Positions 22,801 through 35,000 of a DNA stretch of 64,000 bases are shown piece by piece. The number at the start of each line of letters is the position of its first letter. The first letter of the stretch is position 1. A model generated the notes under the pieces. It was not told the DNA's origin and did no database searches. It worked only from the letters and a program-made list of their open reading frames with translations. The stretch lies in the IMG/VR virus record IMGVR_UViG_3300024502_000010, positions 1-64,000 of that record. One strand, written 5' to 3'. The translations under genes and the position numbers were made by a program.

Positions 22801-24418
22801 CTATAGCTGTTCTTGTCTCCTCTATTCCATCAATTATAAGTGATTCATTGGGTATAAAATCACCATTCTTTTGATAAAGTACAATTGACCTACTATTATT
22901 AACAGAATCTTTTAGAAAAGCTGTTGCTCCGCTATTTGCCCCTGTAATAAAATTGGGAGTTGAAAGTGTAATCGGTTGGTTTAGGGTAATTTCTGTTGTT
23001 GTCTGTACATCATATAGTGATATTGTCCATTGATTTAAATTTGGATTTAGGCTGTCATATGAGCCAGATTCTAATTTAAAATCATAGACTCTAGCTACAC
23101 CAATTTCTTTTCCGGCAGCATCTGTAGATGCAGTCCCAATTCTACTATCTCTTAGACTTACAATATAAGTATTCCCAATTCCTACTATTGGAGAACCATA
23201 AACTCTATTCAGCGAAAGAGTTGATCCGGTATTATAATTAACAGCAATATTTTCTAAAGTTTTTGTATCTCTTGGTTTAGGAACATCTAAAAATGTTGTT
23301 GAAATAGTCTCAACTTCATATCCCTTGACAAAAGCTTTACCTGGAGAAATTTGATATAAAGCTAAACTTTCTGACGGAATTGATCCCCCATAAGTAAACT
23401 GACCTGCATTAAATATTCCACCATTTCCAAGATTGTCATTCAAAGATTCTTTAACACTTAAATCAAAAGGAGTTACATAATAGTCACCAGATTCTGCATA
23501 AGTTCTTCTTGCAAGTTCATCTGCAATTAATGAATATTCCTTGGTTACCCTGTTGGTTTTTAAGATACCATTTTCGATTGAAGCTAGTTCTACGAAATTA
23601 TTGTCGGAATAATCGTTTAAAGATTTTTTGAATAAAGATACTGTTATTTTTAATCTATCAGCTCCGGGAGAAGAGTAATTATTATAACCTTGAGAATTAT
23701 CATTTAGAGATTCATCTACATCTGAGGTAACAATTTCTTCATTAATATACAAACCAACTCTATAACTTGGAGTGTTTGTATATTGATCTAATATTAATGT
23801 CTCAGTATTAACTGTGATAAAATGACCACGAATAAAGTATACTCCTTCACTAATTGAAAATGAAGATCCCACAGAGCTAGCTCCGCTAGAAACCGTTGAT
23901 GCAAAAGGAGATCCTTCAGAAATTGTACTGTTTGACAGTAATCCAGATTGTATCGTTGTAGTTGTTATTAAATTTTCCCCATCTAAAAATTCTGTAGTAG
24001 AATTATTAATTAAACTTGATGAGATATAATTTACATATAATGTTGTATTTCCCCTTTCAGATTGAGTTGAAGGTAAAACCTTATCAATTGTTGCTGTTAT
24101 ACCAGAAGTCTCTCCAATAATTTTTGTTCCAACTAATTGATCTATATAAGCTTCTACGGGAACTCCAAGAAAAGAATTGTTTAGTCGGACAGCATAATAA
24201 GACTGATTATAAGAAATATTTCCCGGTATTACTTTTGCACCTTCTTTAAAAAAATGTTGTCCAAATTTTTCAATTTGATTTTGTAAAGTTGATTGTAGAG
24301 TTGTTAACTCTCTAGCTTGAACAGGATACCCTGGCTTAAAAAGAACTTTATAATAATCTTTATTTGCATCAAAATCATCAAAATATGGTGCAACATTGAG
24401 ATTTGTTTCTTGTGACAT
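16847..24418 (-). CDS. Large virion/baseplate-associated protein, VrlC/DUF4815-like (2523 aa)
   Basis: N-terminus TNLNVAPYFDDFD..KDYYKVLFKPGYPVQARELTTLQ; later IKQLE.RIKNLEYYT.LS.LE, DRFKSGFFVDNF and DPLAQSF motifs. Confidence 0.8.
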   Translation of the reverse strand: MSQETNLNVAPYFDDFDANKDYYKVLFKPGYPVQARELTTLQSTLQNQIEKFGQHFFKEGAKVIPGNISYNQSYYAVRLNNSFLGVPVEAYIDQLVGTKIIGETSGITATIDKVLPSTQSERGNTTLYVNYISSSLINNSTTEFLDGENLITTTTIQSGLLSNSTISEGSPFASTVSSGASSVGSSFSISEGVYFIRGHFITVNTETLILDQYTNTPSYRVGLYINEEIVTSDVDESLNDNSQGYNNYSSPGADRLKITVSLFKKSLNDYSDNNFVELASIENGILKTNRVTKEYSLIADELARRTYAESGDYYVTPFDLSVKESLNDNLGNGGIFNAGQFTYGGSIPSESLALYQISPGKAFVKGYEVETISTTFLDVPKPRDTKTLENIAVNYNTGSTLSLNRVYGSPIVGIGNTYIVSLRDSRIGTASTDAAGKEIGVARVYDFKLESGSYDSLNPNLNQWTISLYDVQTTTEITLNQPITLSTPNFITGANSGATAFLKDSVNNSRSIVLYQKNGDFIPNESLIIDGIEETRTAIAVTSYSISDVESIRGTVGTAKTFNANVIQSPYYNIGIATISTANVLGISTIISTNPNFPGKVVKPGNLVEFSNFSSPYPVYASVVSVGKTSISVTGVTTVFGTNEGKLPNSTLEVVDLKVLGAKLSRSSDDTLFTVLPRPNVASINLSETTLTIRKVYDVNIVSNQLSSTVAAGENETFLPFDEERYTLVREDGTFEVLTEDKFDFINGSKELQIYNLGTNSAATLVTTLRKIKPKSKNKLKNRVGVYIVDKSRNAASGTGTTTLNDGLIYGNYPYGTRVQDDVISLNVPDVLNVIAVYESKDTSDPTAPRATLSSINGPTTKTTDLIIGEQFVGQISGAIGLYTERLTDSEITFVPENETNFKEGEPIIFRESNIQAVITTIDSPSSNISSSYKFDNGQNGSFYGYGYISRNSSASEPVYKIKVYYSSGYHQESDIGDITTIESYSGFDYVKDIQTTNSIRNCDMIDIRPRVSNYTVSQNSRSPLEFYGRVFNAAGNSSANILASDEEIITSFSYYLGRIDRVYLRKDGTFQIQYGVPSEKPEKPITVDDSLEIATVTHSPYLFAVSQSTVQLLEHKRYRMVDIKQLENRIKNLEYYTALSMLETSTANLFVADSEGLDRFKSGFFVDNFSTLQSQESGFPYQNSIDIKNKELRPRHYTTAIDLVQGPVEGLNPSIDYSVEQPEGSNIIKNSDLITLNYSEVEYFKQPFATRTENVTPFVISFWQGTTELTPASDTWVDTVRLDAKTINVEGNYAQTMALAAEQFNVDPQTGYSPTVWSAWETTWTGKEVIETVQTSSKTTQNYGHYGYYWYGYPYGYYYGYWGYYGYWGYYGWHNRGWYSQTTTVTQDKYREVKETGVKSSTGTTTFVVEEFDRQSIGDKVVSRNLIQYMRSRNIQFVSKNLKPLTQLYAFFDGIDVTKYCVPKLLEINMISGVFQVGEDVVGTVIKTGISPTVIADSTASITFRVAQSNHKDGQYDAPSSVFPLNPYTSQPLPSTYSSTSTVLNVDTFSLSAQYQGQYSGYVESGMTLVGKTSGAQARITNVRLLTDVYTWIIGSFYLPNPNVSANPRFENGNKTFTLINNNLNNAATAATLAEEAFTSSGTLETVQENIISTRNGRIEQKQQTKQEAVSKTTGPQLVDTQVTSTTNYGYRCYWWDPLAQSFLVNESGGVFITKCDIFFKTKEDAETPVFVQIRTMQNGYPTREVLPFSEVFLSPDEVKTSNDGSVATTFTFKAPVYLTGPAEYALVVGSSSSKYNVFISRVGVGEVDILTQSAVSTQPTLGSLFKSQNASTWEASQWEDLKFSLYRAEFVPEGRVEFYNPELSIGNSQIPTLMPNSISMNSRKIRVSLSSSLTDANLVLGNTIVQGGTNASGNYVGSAGIATGQLEVINSGIGYTPSAGSLTFNDVSLVTITGSGRNAKADVTISSGVAVAATISQSGNGYKVGDILGISTIGGNSIGRNATFSIVSIASTNELILDNVQGNFEVAGVGKTVSYINSAGITSALNYSNGGNVQINDINVETDGLHFTVNHKNHGMYFKNNYVNISGVESDVPPTKLSIPYQTGDSIFIDDPSNFTTFENVGVASTNPGYVLIDNQLLEYTSVSSGALRGITSFGYIDPVYQNVLNSYPGGSIEYLAGTPVYKYELNGVSLRRINTEHYLGNASVKDPITFDSYSIKIRSNQEGTDRSNGQSFPALYFNNTKNAGGFNIKASQNIPYELITTSIQNTTVQGTSLDAEIRTISGSSISGNEIAYVDQGFETIPINKTHYFNSPRIIASKTNETQNIVDLPGKKSLNIRFNLSTSDPKVSPVIDTQRMTAVLTSNRVNKVIGNYATDNRVNTVGVDPSAFQYLSKEITLENPASSIKILLDAHINSYCDIRAFYAISETSNFTPIFTPFPGYNNIDVTTKQVINLEDSDGLPDVFVQPSLALAFESANVDFREYTFTADQLPSFRFYRIKLVMTSTSQVYPPRVKNLRVISLA

Positions 24419-24424
24419 AATTCT

Positions 24425-25993
24425 TTAAAACTGCAAAATGACCTTAATATCTTCTTTTTGATTTAATGAACGGGTAATTGCTGGTCTGTTATCAACATAT
24501 ATTATATTTCCCGAATATTTTTTGACTTCAGGATTAGATAAACCGTTCGCAAAAGACTGTCCAAGGTAGTATGTCCTATTATTTATTACTGTAGATATAC
24601 CAGAAAAAGTTGAATCTATACTTAAAGTATTTCCACTATTTCCAGTAACTGTTAGACCACCTCCAACAAGAGGAGAACTGGTAAACCTTGTCAATTCGTA
24701 CCCAAAGTTGGGATATTCTTGAGTTTCGCCATTTGTATTGAATCCGGAAAGAGTTCTATCTTGCCAATATTTAAGAACACCGGTGGTTTGATCATAACTT
24801 ACTACTCTACCGATAGCAGTTACACCATTCCCTACAGTTTGCTTAATAAAAGAATCTTGTGAGAAAATTGCAGAACTATACCCTATTCCCGCTAGTTTTA
24901 ATGCATAAACTCCACTGGCTTTATTCGTACTTAATATCTCAGATGAAGCAAATGATTCCGGATTTGCTACTATTCCAACTCTAGCAATTTGATTTCCTGT
25001 AATAAAGTCTGGATTTTGGAAATCATTTTCTATTCTAGAATATAGGAGCACATTATACGCACCAAGTTCTTTGTAAATATCGTATCCATGTCCTCCCTTT
25101 GGAGAAATAATAACATCAAATTTTGGATTTATTACTCCTTCAGGAACATTTCCTCCCCTTAAATCAACATTTGCATAGGTATATCCGGATCCTTGACTGG
25201 AAACAACAACAGATCTTACTTTCTGGTCATTATCAATCGTTATTGTGCATTCTGCCCCCTGACCATCGCCTTTAATCGGAACTCTTGTGTATGTTTTATT
25301 TGCTGTTCCGACACCAACACCTCTGTTGTCCAAACTACTTGGATTTATGATAACCGTTTTTATAGATCCATCTACAGCATTATCTCTAACTAAAGAGTTG
25401 TCTGAGCTAGTGGACCAATCTTTAGGTACTGGAATAAAATCTGTAGATTCAAATTTTATAATATCACTTGGCTTTATTGTATACAAATATTTCCAAACAT
25501 ATCCATCTCCACTTGTTCCTGCAGATCTAGGCTCTAAATCTGTAAATCTAGGCTCATCTAATGAAGGTTTCCCTGAGGGGTTTTCTGGATCAGTACCATT
25601 CTGAAGACAAATGTATACTCTATAATCACTATTCATTACATAATATGAAGCGGCATATAAACTAGTAGATCCAGAAACTGAAGCAGTATTAGATCTACTA
25701 TAATCATGTCTATAATAATCATATGATATTCCCGAAGACCATACTCTTTTAGGAATAACATGAGAAACGTCAGTGGAGAGTATCTTCTTTAGAGATACGA
25801 TAGTATCCCAGTAACTATTTTCCTCATTGAAATTATCCTTTGGTGATGGTGGATTATAGTCCCAATCACTTTGGACTTCATATGGGTTTGGTAGTCCGAG
25901 GAATATGTAATATGAATTATTTGAAGATGTTACTCCGGCAACAAAATTTTTGGCATTGAGTATTCTAATTTGATCAGTTATAATTGCTGCCAT
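24425..25993 (-). CDS. g8: Baseplate wedge subunit (T4 gp8-like)
   Basis: AIITDQIRILNAKNF, YRVYICLQNG, GDGYVWKYLYTI and YSGNIIYVDNR motifs; follows g7. Confidence 0.85.
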   Translation of the reverse strand: MAAIITDQIRILNAKNFVAGVTSSNNSYYIFLGLPNPYEVQSDWDYNPPSPKDNFNEENSYWDTIVSLKKILSTDVSHVIPKRVWSSGISYDYYRHDYSRSNTASVSGSTSLYAASYYVMNSDYRVYICLQNGTDPENPSGKPSLDEPRFTDLEPRSAGTSGDGYVWKYLYTIKPSDIIKFESTDFIPVPKDWSTSSDNSLVRDNAVDGSIKTVIINPSSLDNRGVGVGTANKTYTRVPIKGDGQGAECTITIDNDQKVRSVVVSSQGSGYTYANVDLRGGNVPEGVINPKFDVIISPKGGHGYDIYKELGAYNVLLYSRIENDFQNPDFITGNQIARVGIVANPESFASSEILSTNKASGVYALKLAGIGYSSAIFSQDSFIKQTVGNGVTAIGRVVSYDQTTGVLKYWQDRTLSGFNTNGETQEYPNFGYELTRFTSSPLVGGGLTVTGNSGNTLSIDSTFSGISTVINNRTYYLGQSFANGLSNPEVKKYSGNIIYVDNRPAITRSLNQKEDIKVILQF

Positions 25994-26029
25994 TTTTTAG
26001 AAATTTTTTATTTTATTTATGGTAGATTC

Positions 26030-29000
26030 CTATGGATTTTTATATTGAGAATACTTTAATGGATTTTTTCTTTTTAAAATAGTTCCAGTAGAGATGCCCG
26101 AATATCCATTTAATGTATATGCATTAAATGCACTTTCCTTTTGTCTGTAATCTAGAATAACTCTTCCCCAACTAAAATCTCCATAATAATCACTAATTCC
26201 AATTCCAGATAGTCCGTTTAAGTTGTCCACACTCACAGTAACTCTTGCAATGTATGTTGTTCCCACTCCGATTATAGAAGATTGCTCTATTGAAACATCA
26301 ACTGCCTTATAAACACCATCCAAAAATGTAGTTGCTATTCCGACAATATTTGAACTCTCATCCAATGATGTAAGTCCATTTCCAATATTTGAATTTGAAA
26401 CTACGAAATAATAATCAGTTTTTATTTGACTCACGGTTGTAAGTCCTGTTATTTTGCTGTTTCTCAATGGTGAGTTTATTGGAATCATAAAATCAAATAT
26501 TATTCCAGTTGAAGCAACTCCGACAGAAGTAGTCGCAATTCCAGTTATTACTCCAAAATCTCCTCCATATGATAAAACTTTAGTAGATTCTATTTTAATA
26601 ATTGGTGGTTCTATCAATACTAATGGTGGATTTTCTTGAGAATATCCTGTAGTAACTCCAGTTACAATGATAGAAGTCACTATTCCAGAACTAATATAAG
26701 AAACACAAGTAGTAGTTGTGGAAGCAATTCCTACCGGACTTTGAACAACTACTGATGGTGCTTCAGTGTACCCAAATCCACCGTCAGTAATAACAATTGA
26801 AGAAACAGTTCCTGCTGACGATACAACTGCAGTAGCAGTAGCTGAAGCAACTTGATCTTGGGAAATCAAGTAAATATCTTTTTGAAATTCTAAGGAAGAT
26901 ACATTTTCATTTATTGGATTGAAAAATGGTCTACAATTGTCAACAAAAATAAGAGTGGATCCAACACCAACTGAACTTATGATATTTGCCGATGGATGTA
27001 TCAAAGGCTCATATAGAATTCTATCCTTTCCAATTTGCTTTTGATTAATTATTTTGTCCTTGGTTTGTTTATACCAAGATATCGGTCTGTTTAGATTTTC
27101 GATATTAGTGTTACCTGGACCAAAATAAGGATTAGTTTCTATTAAATCAACAGTTTTAATGTCTAAAACTGTTCTTCTATCCTCAAGTAAGAATGGGTTT
27201 TGTCCGGCAGAATAATCATACTCAAGTCTGACCTCATCTCCCATTTTAACTGTTTCTATTATGTTCCTAAAAGGAACATCTATTTCCCCACTTCCCTTAT
27301 AGAAAAGAATTTTACAAACATCATCTTCTTTAGGGGGCTCAACAAATCTAATTACACTTCCACCATCAAATATATAAGATTTCTGTGGAACTTGAAGAAT
27401 ATTATTTAAAAATACCAATAAGTTATCTCTTATATTGATAAGAGATCCTTTACCTGCTAAAATTGAAATCGATTGTCCTTGATATATTAATGGGAAAACA
27501 GTTCTTTCTCCTGTAAAAAGTATATCAATAGAATCTAATAACTGCAATTCTCCAATAGACCAAGCAGTAAATTTATCAGTAAAAGTTCTTTGAACTTCTA
27601 TTTGAAACTCTTCAAATTGCGATCCTTGTACTGTTGGTATTCCAACTATTGAATTAGTTGAAACTGTTAAGATATCTCCAGATTTGTATCCATAACCCAG
27701 ATTCTTTATCTCAAAATCAACTACACTTGATCCCTGACCAACAACAATATCAATCGTTGCTTGTGTACCAACACCAGAAGAAGATGGACTATAAACTAAA
27801 GGTAAATCTGAGTATGAAAGTGGAGAATCAAAAATAACAAAGGGGGGATTTGAACGAGTATATCCAATTCCCGGATTAGTAATTGCAACACTAACAATGT
27901 TTCCTTTACTTACTGCAGCTGTTCCAATAAATTGAATGCTTCTAGAATTTAAAGAAGATGTTGAAACCCCTACTCTAACCTGAACATCTCTAGTTCCAAA
28001 GGAATTTTGAATTTTTTGTCTATATCCAGACCCACTGTTTCCTATACTAATTGCTTGGATAGTTCCTGCATCCGAAACAATTGCTGTTCCTCCAGCGGAA
28101 ACTAATGGTTGATATCCAAATCCTGATGTTGAACCGACAGAAACTATAATACCACCCGCAGGCAATCCAGATGTATTAATATCAGAAGCCAATGAAGTTC
28201 CTGCTCCAATAAATCTTATAGAAGTAAATCCAACATTTTCTTCTTCTAAGACATAAGAAGCAATATCGCCAGGTTCTTGGAAAATATCATTAATTATAAC
28301 TATAGCATTTTCTACAGAAACTCCAGAAACATTCTCTGCATTCGATGTTAAACTAAATGTATTTTTTTTGCCGTCAAACTGATTTGAAATATCATCGTAA
28401 AGATAATTTTTATAGTATGTGTCTTGATTTGAACCTGTTGCACCAGACCTCATAAAAATTCTTCCGTAGAAAGTGGAATTGGTTTGTATATTTTCCCAAT
28501 CCCTTTCATCTGGTGGATTTGTTGGTGTTCCTATTGGAACTCTTCCGTATGGAGCTTCAACGAAATGAATTTGATTTTGTACAATATTATAATTCCCAGT
28601 TACTTTAACAACTTTTGTTAAAGATTCATGTTCTTCTACTTTGGTGCCCAACCAAGGTCTATTTACTCTTACTGCGTTTGTTGACCCAACACCAACAGAC
28701 TCGACCCTCATAACCTCATCATCAATCCTTAATAAATCTCCACTAAAAATATTTGTAGTATTGTGGACATATAAAACATCTTCAGATATAAGATTCTTGG
28801 TAGAAAGAATTGTTGTAGTTGCTGTGGCAACTAGTGGAGACTGAATAAGATTGTCTAGAGTAATTAATCCTTTAGAATTTTGATTTGCTGCAGTGAAAGT
28901 ATGATTGGTTCCAATACCAAGAGAAGTTAAATTTAATATTTCAGGTATAAATTTAAGTGCGCTACTAGCACTCTTCGCCAATCTAATTCTATTTTGGTCT

Positions 29001-32000
29001 AACTTAATTGCATAAACTGTAGAAGGTAACCTGTCAGTAGTACCTATTCCCACTCCAAAATCTGTGGTTGTAATTCCTATTGGTTGGTTTATCTCACCAA
29101 GAGTTCCTGAAGAATAAGTTAATTTTTCTCCAGTAACGAAGAAATGATTTTTGATATAAATTAAATCTCTATCTATATCAACAATTGCAGGAGAACTTCC
29201 ATCAAAATATCTTTCAAAAATTGGTTCTCCTTGATGATTTAAATCAAATGTTCTCTTAACATCAACTGCAGCTCCGAGATAAACTGCAGATTGGTTAGTT
29301 ATTGTAGAATCATTGAAGTTCAATGGTTTACTAGCATCTCTATAATCTCTCATTGCATTTGAATAAACTTTTACCTCTGCGTTTATATTTGCAATGGGAG
29401 TGAATAAAAGTTGAGTAGAATTTGGAGTTTTATTAGAAGTTATAGTTCCAATTCCTGTTTCATTTGCTGCTTGCAAAATAGCAAATTCGCTGATATAAGA
29501 ATTATCTGAATCGTTAATTACAATAACCTCAGATATTTGATGAATATTATTTGTAGTATCTGAAATTTGAACAATAAAATATGCCCCGTTATGTAAACTC
29601 GAATATTCTGAAATTACATTTGCTGTTGGGGTTGGGGATGATGCAATAGATGTTGATCTCCCTTCAATTGTAGAATGTCTTAGATAGTAGGTTCCTATGC
29701 CAGATGATTCAGTATTTGCAATAGAAATTTGAATAGAGTTGATAGTAACAGCTATTCCGGGAGTTGCAATAAAATCGACATTTATTTTTGAATTTGCAAG
29801 ATATGCATCAAACTCTCCCAAAGATAATAATGGATTGTTGTCTGAAGAATTTGTTACCAACTGTCCATAATTAATAAATTCAATATTTGTCCCATTGTGA
29901 ATAGCAGTAATTTCTTCAAATTGGCGCTGCCCATTATCTGCAGAAATTTCTATTATTGCCTTCACTGAAGTAAATGTTGTTCCTATTCCAATTACGCTTG
30001 TTGTTCCAGAAGAAACTTGATTGACTTTTGAATCTATATAAACAACATTACCAAAACTTGTACTTGCAATACCAACAAAAGCATCTTTTATATTATAAGA
30101 TAAGACTGATACATCATAATCATTCCAAAGCGATCTATTTGGATAGAAAAGAAGAGAACCTTGATTATCTTCTTTCTTAAAATCAAATGAACCCAAATCA
30201 TAGACGCTTTCTACTCTACCATATTGATTTAAATATGCATCTTTTTCATCATAAACAACAGAAACAAGCATTAATTGCCTCTGCCCAACATATCTTCTAT
30301 CTTTTACAAAAGTTATATACTTCTGTGATTGAATTTGATTAGTATCAATAGTGTCCAGAACGACATATCTAGAGAATCTTGGTAAATTATAGAAAGAACC
30401 ACTAAAATCATCAATTGACAATACTCTGTTATTCAGTGACTCATAATAATCCGTAAGAACTCTGCTGGAAAAATAAATTTGATCTGAAAATGGATAAGAG
30501 TCATCAATAAGTACGTTTTCTCTAGCCAAATCAAAGTCATAAAAACAATTTAAATCAGCAACTCCGACAATATCTGTAAAAGTATCGACATAGCTTATTG
30601 GACTAATATTAATCTGATTATTCTTAACTTCATCTAAAGAGGGTTCGCATTGATAATCGCCAAATTTTCTAAATCCTAATGTATGATTTAATGATCCAAC
30701 TGCGTCTTCCCAGGTATCATATGGAACTTTAGATTTTAATGAATATGAAAAATTCTGATAGTAGAAACTATCTTGAATTCTTTGTAAGTTATTGCTTAAA
30801 AATCCTATTTGAGTTTCCCAACCATCTTCAACCTTAGAATATGGTGCCAAATTAATAAACGCATCTCCAGAAATAACTGAAGAAATTAATCCTTGTGTTT
30901 TTGAGGTATCCCCTTGTATAATTTTACCAGATTCTATTCTTTCTCTTGAAGAAATTCTTAGTTGATTTACTTGAGAATTCCACCCCTCAACTTCACCGAC
31001 AGTTTTAGCATCCCCCAAATATCTTATCTTTTCATCTTTTAGATAATTATTCTTCTTAAAAATTGTTTTAAATTTAGGAAAATATTTCTCAGGAATAATT
31101 CTGGCGGAAGAATTTGTGGAATTGTATACACCTGGAGTTTCTCCAGGTTGTAAAACATTATTCATCGTATAAGTTACAATTCCAATTCCTCCAAGATTCT
31201 CAGAAACTGCAGTAATTGTGAAAAGTTTATAATTATAATTCTTAGAATTGAATCCTCTACCCGTAGAATTAATACCCACACTGACATTTTCTACCATAAT
31301 TTTATCATTAACAGCAAATGGGAAACTATCTGCTGTACTGAATCCTACTGATAAAGTGGCAGTAACACTATTTTTTGTTAAATCATAGACCAATGAAGAT
31401 ATTCCAACTCCATTTGAATTTTGTGTTGGAATTATAATTGGTTCAACATTATTAATACCATAAGTATTTTTTAAAATAGTAACAAAACTATCACCAAAAG
31501 AATATTCTAAATCAACTTCAGGAACTATATTTTTTGTAACTCCATCTAAAACTACTAATTTTGGTGGATGATTATATCCGTTACCCAAAGAAAGTATTTG
31601 TATTGATTCAAATGATGATAATAATTCAATTTTAGCAATTTGTGGTAAAGATAAATTTGGTTTTAAAGTAAAATCTGATGGATAATTAAATCCAATATCA
31701 TTTATTTTTATTTTTTTAATTTTACCAATATTTTTACTATTGTAATCTAATATTGCTCCAGATCCAATTCCAGATGAAATTTTGGAAAATTTTGGAAGAT
31801 TATAATAATTTTGACCATTTGATACAACTTCAACTTCCGAGATAGATCCCTTTGTATTTTTGGAAGTGGTTTGATAATTTATAATTGCTTGAGTTTTATC
31901 GTAAAAATTAGATTCTGGTTTTTTTCTTAAGCTGTAAGTAAAAGTTGTTCCTGAAGTTGAAACAATAGAATATTTTCCATTATAAAGACTATCTTCAATA

Positions 32001-35000
32001 CTAATTTCATTATGGGAAGAAACTGAAGAATCTATTGAAATCTCGGATTTAACACTTGGTAAGTTGAAAGCAGTAATAGGGTCTAGTCTGTAGTAAAGTT
32101 TATTAGGAATATCATCAGTTATAGTTAATGAAATTCTCGCATTTGAACTTATTCCAACTGTACCAACTCTTTTTATATTGAAGAAATTACTATTTTTAGA
32201 CGATTCAAATAGTTCTTCAAATGAAGAATTAGTATAAAAATTAAAATTAAACGCTGGAAACTTAGTTTGGGAAGAATTTGTATATGATAAAGATGAATCT
32301 GATACATCAAAAAATACTGTGCTATTCTTATATAATTTTATTGGAGGATTTACCAAAGATAAAGTTCCACCGAATTGTGAGGACAATCCAACGACGACAG
32401 GATCGTATTGAATAGAATTATAATAATTATCGGACAACTTTATAGTATCCTTATCAATGACAATAACATAATAATCTTTTTCATTTTTCAATACTTTAGA
32501 AGGAGAAGTTTGGATTACTTGTTGACCAGTGGTAAATCCATGGTTTTCAATGGTTATAGAATTAGTTAAAGTGTTAACACCAACTGGAGAAAATGATTTT
32601 GGATTAATTACTAATTTTCTATTATAATCACTATATGCTACTACGAATGATGTTGATATTGAAGGATTAACATCAACAAAAACAATGTCTCCATCAGACA
32701 ATCCATGAGTTGTTGCTGTAGAAACAATCGTTTTATTCTTTGAAATATTCCCCCTCAATGAATTGTAATTAGTTTTAAAACTATGATAAGTACCGCTTCC
32801 AAAAGAAGTAAAGTAAAGAATACTCTGATTTCTTTGTGTTGATGCAATACCAACAATAGTTCCTGTTGAACCAATTCCAACTTTTACTGTAGAAATTCCT
32901 ATAAAATTCGGAGATACATTTGTTGCATAAATTAAGGATCCATCCGCAAGATTTGCTCCAATTCCTTCACCATTTGTGGAAATTGCAATAGGATCTCCTC
33001 CATTTGAGTCATAAATCAACTGATCGCCAGTTTCTAATTTATGATCTGGGAGGTAAATTAATCTACTTGGAACCGTAACATAACTAACTCCTGCTCCCGG
33101 ATTTGAAATAAAAATAGTAGTTCCTATTCCCACCGCTGTTCCGACACCAATAGATTCCCTAGGATTAAAATATATTTGTCTATTTGATGAATAATTAAAA
33201 GGATTAGTCAGTCTATCACTTATTACCAATCTTCTTGAATTTTCATATAAAATATCAGAATAACTGTGAGACGAACCAACAGTGTTATTGACTGCCCTAA
33301 GGATTTTTAATCTCGATGAATTTTTATCTACATTTAAAACTTTAACCTTTTCTGTTCCTATCGTGAAAATGTCATTTTCACGAATATTTGATAAGTTTCC
33401 TCCAACAGAAATAAAGGTTACTATACCTGTTGCTCCAGTTGTACCAAGACCAACTGTATTAATTAAAGAAAGAGTGTTTTTCCTTGGAACTTCTGCAGAA
33501 TACAATTCGTTGAATATTGTCAAAGAAGTGGTGAGACCTGAAATAGTGACAATATCACCGGTATTAAATTCATGCGGATTCTCTGCTAAAATATTAAAAC
33601 TATTCACCCTCCCAGAATCTGGATATATTTCTACATTATAAGAAACAATGTTATCAACGCTAATAGTTTCTACTTCCTTTCCTTTTAGTTTAGAAACTCT
33701 TGCAGAAAATCCATATCCTCTAGTATCTGTTTCATCAGAAACTAATAAATCATTTATACTATAGTTATTACCTCCAGTCAATATACCAACTGTTTGTATA
33801 TTTCCGGGAGATGCATACTTTATAGTAGATGTTTGATTTAGTCTATTTGGAAGATCTAAGTACTTGTAGTAAGATTTTTCTCCAAGTAAGTTATAATTTT
33901 TTGTATACCTAATCCAATCAGTTTTGTTTAAGTCAATATCATCTTGATTTGAAGAGGCTTTAAAATTGAATTCATTTGGACGTGACTTGAAAGTATTTCC
34001 AATAAGATATGGAAATACGGGTATCCTGTAATTTCGAAATGGACTTGAAGATGTTCTGGTAGTTGTCGCTGCTATTGTGCAAAAATAAGCGTATACTCCA
34101 TTGGGAAATTCTGGAGTAACACAAAATCTACCATTATGCTCATCCAAAACACTATCATCTTGATTTAGTCGAGTATAATATTTGTAATCTTCTACAAAAA
34201 ACCCTAATGGGTATATTTTTTCAGATGGTCTATCACTTGATACTGGTGCAAGTTTATACCCAGATTTCATCTGTGTTATTGAACCGCCACCGGAAGCGTC
34301 CTTTTTAGCGTATCCATATGGACCATAGATTGGATTCCCATCATATGCCCAACCAATTATCGGAGAATGTTTAGTCGAAGATACTTCACTTCCTCCTACT
34401 CTACTTAAATCAAAATTTCCATAAGATGGTCTTCCTGTAGGATCTACAGAATATATTGATTCTCTAAGTTTTCTTGGTGCATATAAATGAGAGTACTGAA
34501 GACCACCTTTAGTGTATGAATTATAAAATACGAATCCATCATCTGGAGTTGTATTGCTAAAATTCCTACTCACTAAATTTATATTCCATGATTTTAATTT
34601 TGATTTAAATGTTGCCCCAGAACCAGAATCTTGGACTGTAATAAAAGTATTTTTTTGAGAATATCCAATTCCTCCATTTATTATTTTTACTTGTTTAATT
34701 TGACCATTTTCAACAATTGGCACCAAAACAGCGCCTAATCCATCTCCAGATATGTTGATAGTTGGTGCATTATTATAATCATAACCAGAATTATTAACTA
34801 AAACTTCTACTATTCTTCCATTATTGATAATTGGTACTATTTCTGAACTTTTTCCTTGTCTTAAAATCAAAAGTGGTTCTCTGAGGTAATTCAATACTTC
34901 AGGTGTTCCATATGATCTTCCTCCATTTTGTAAATGGAAAGATGTTATTTCTCCCCTAAAAACTGGTTGAATTTTTGCCGCAAAATCCACACCGGCAGAT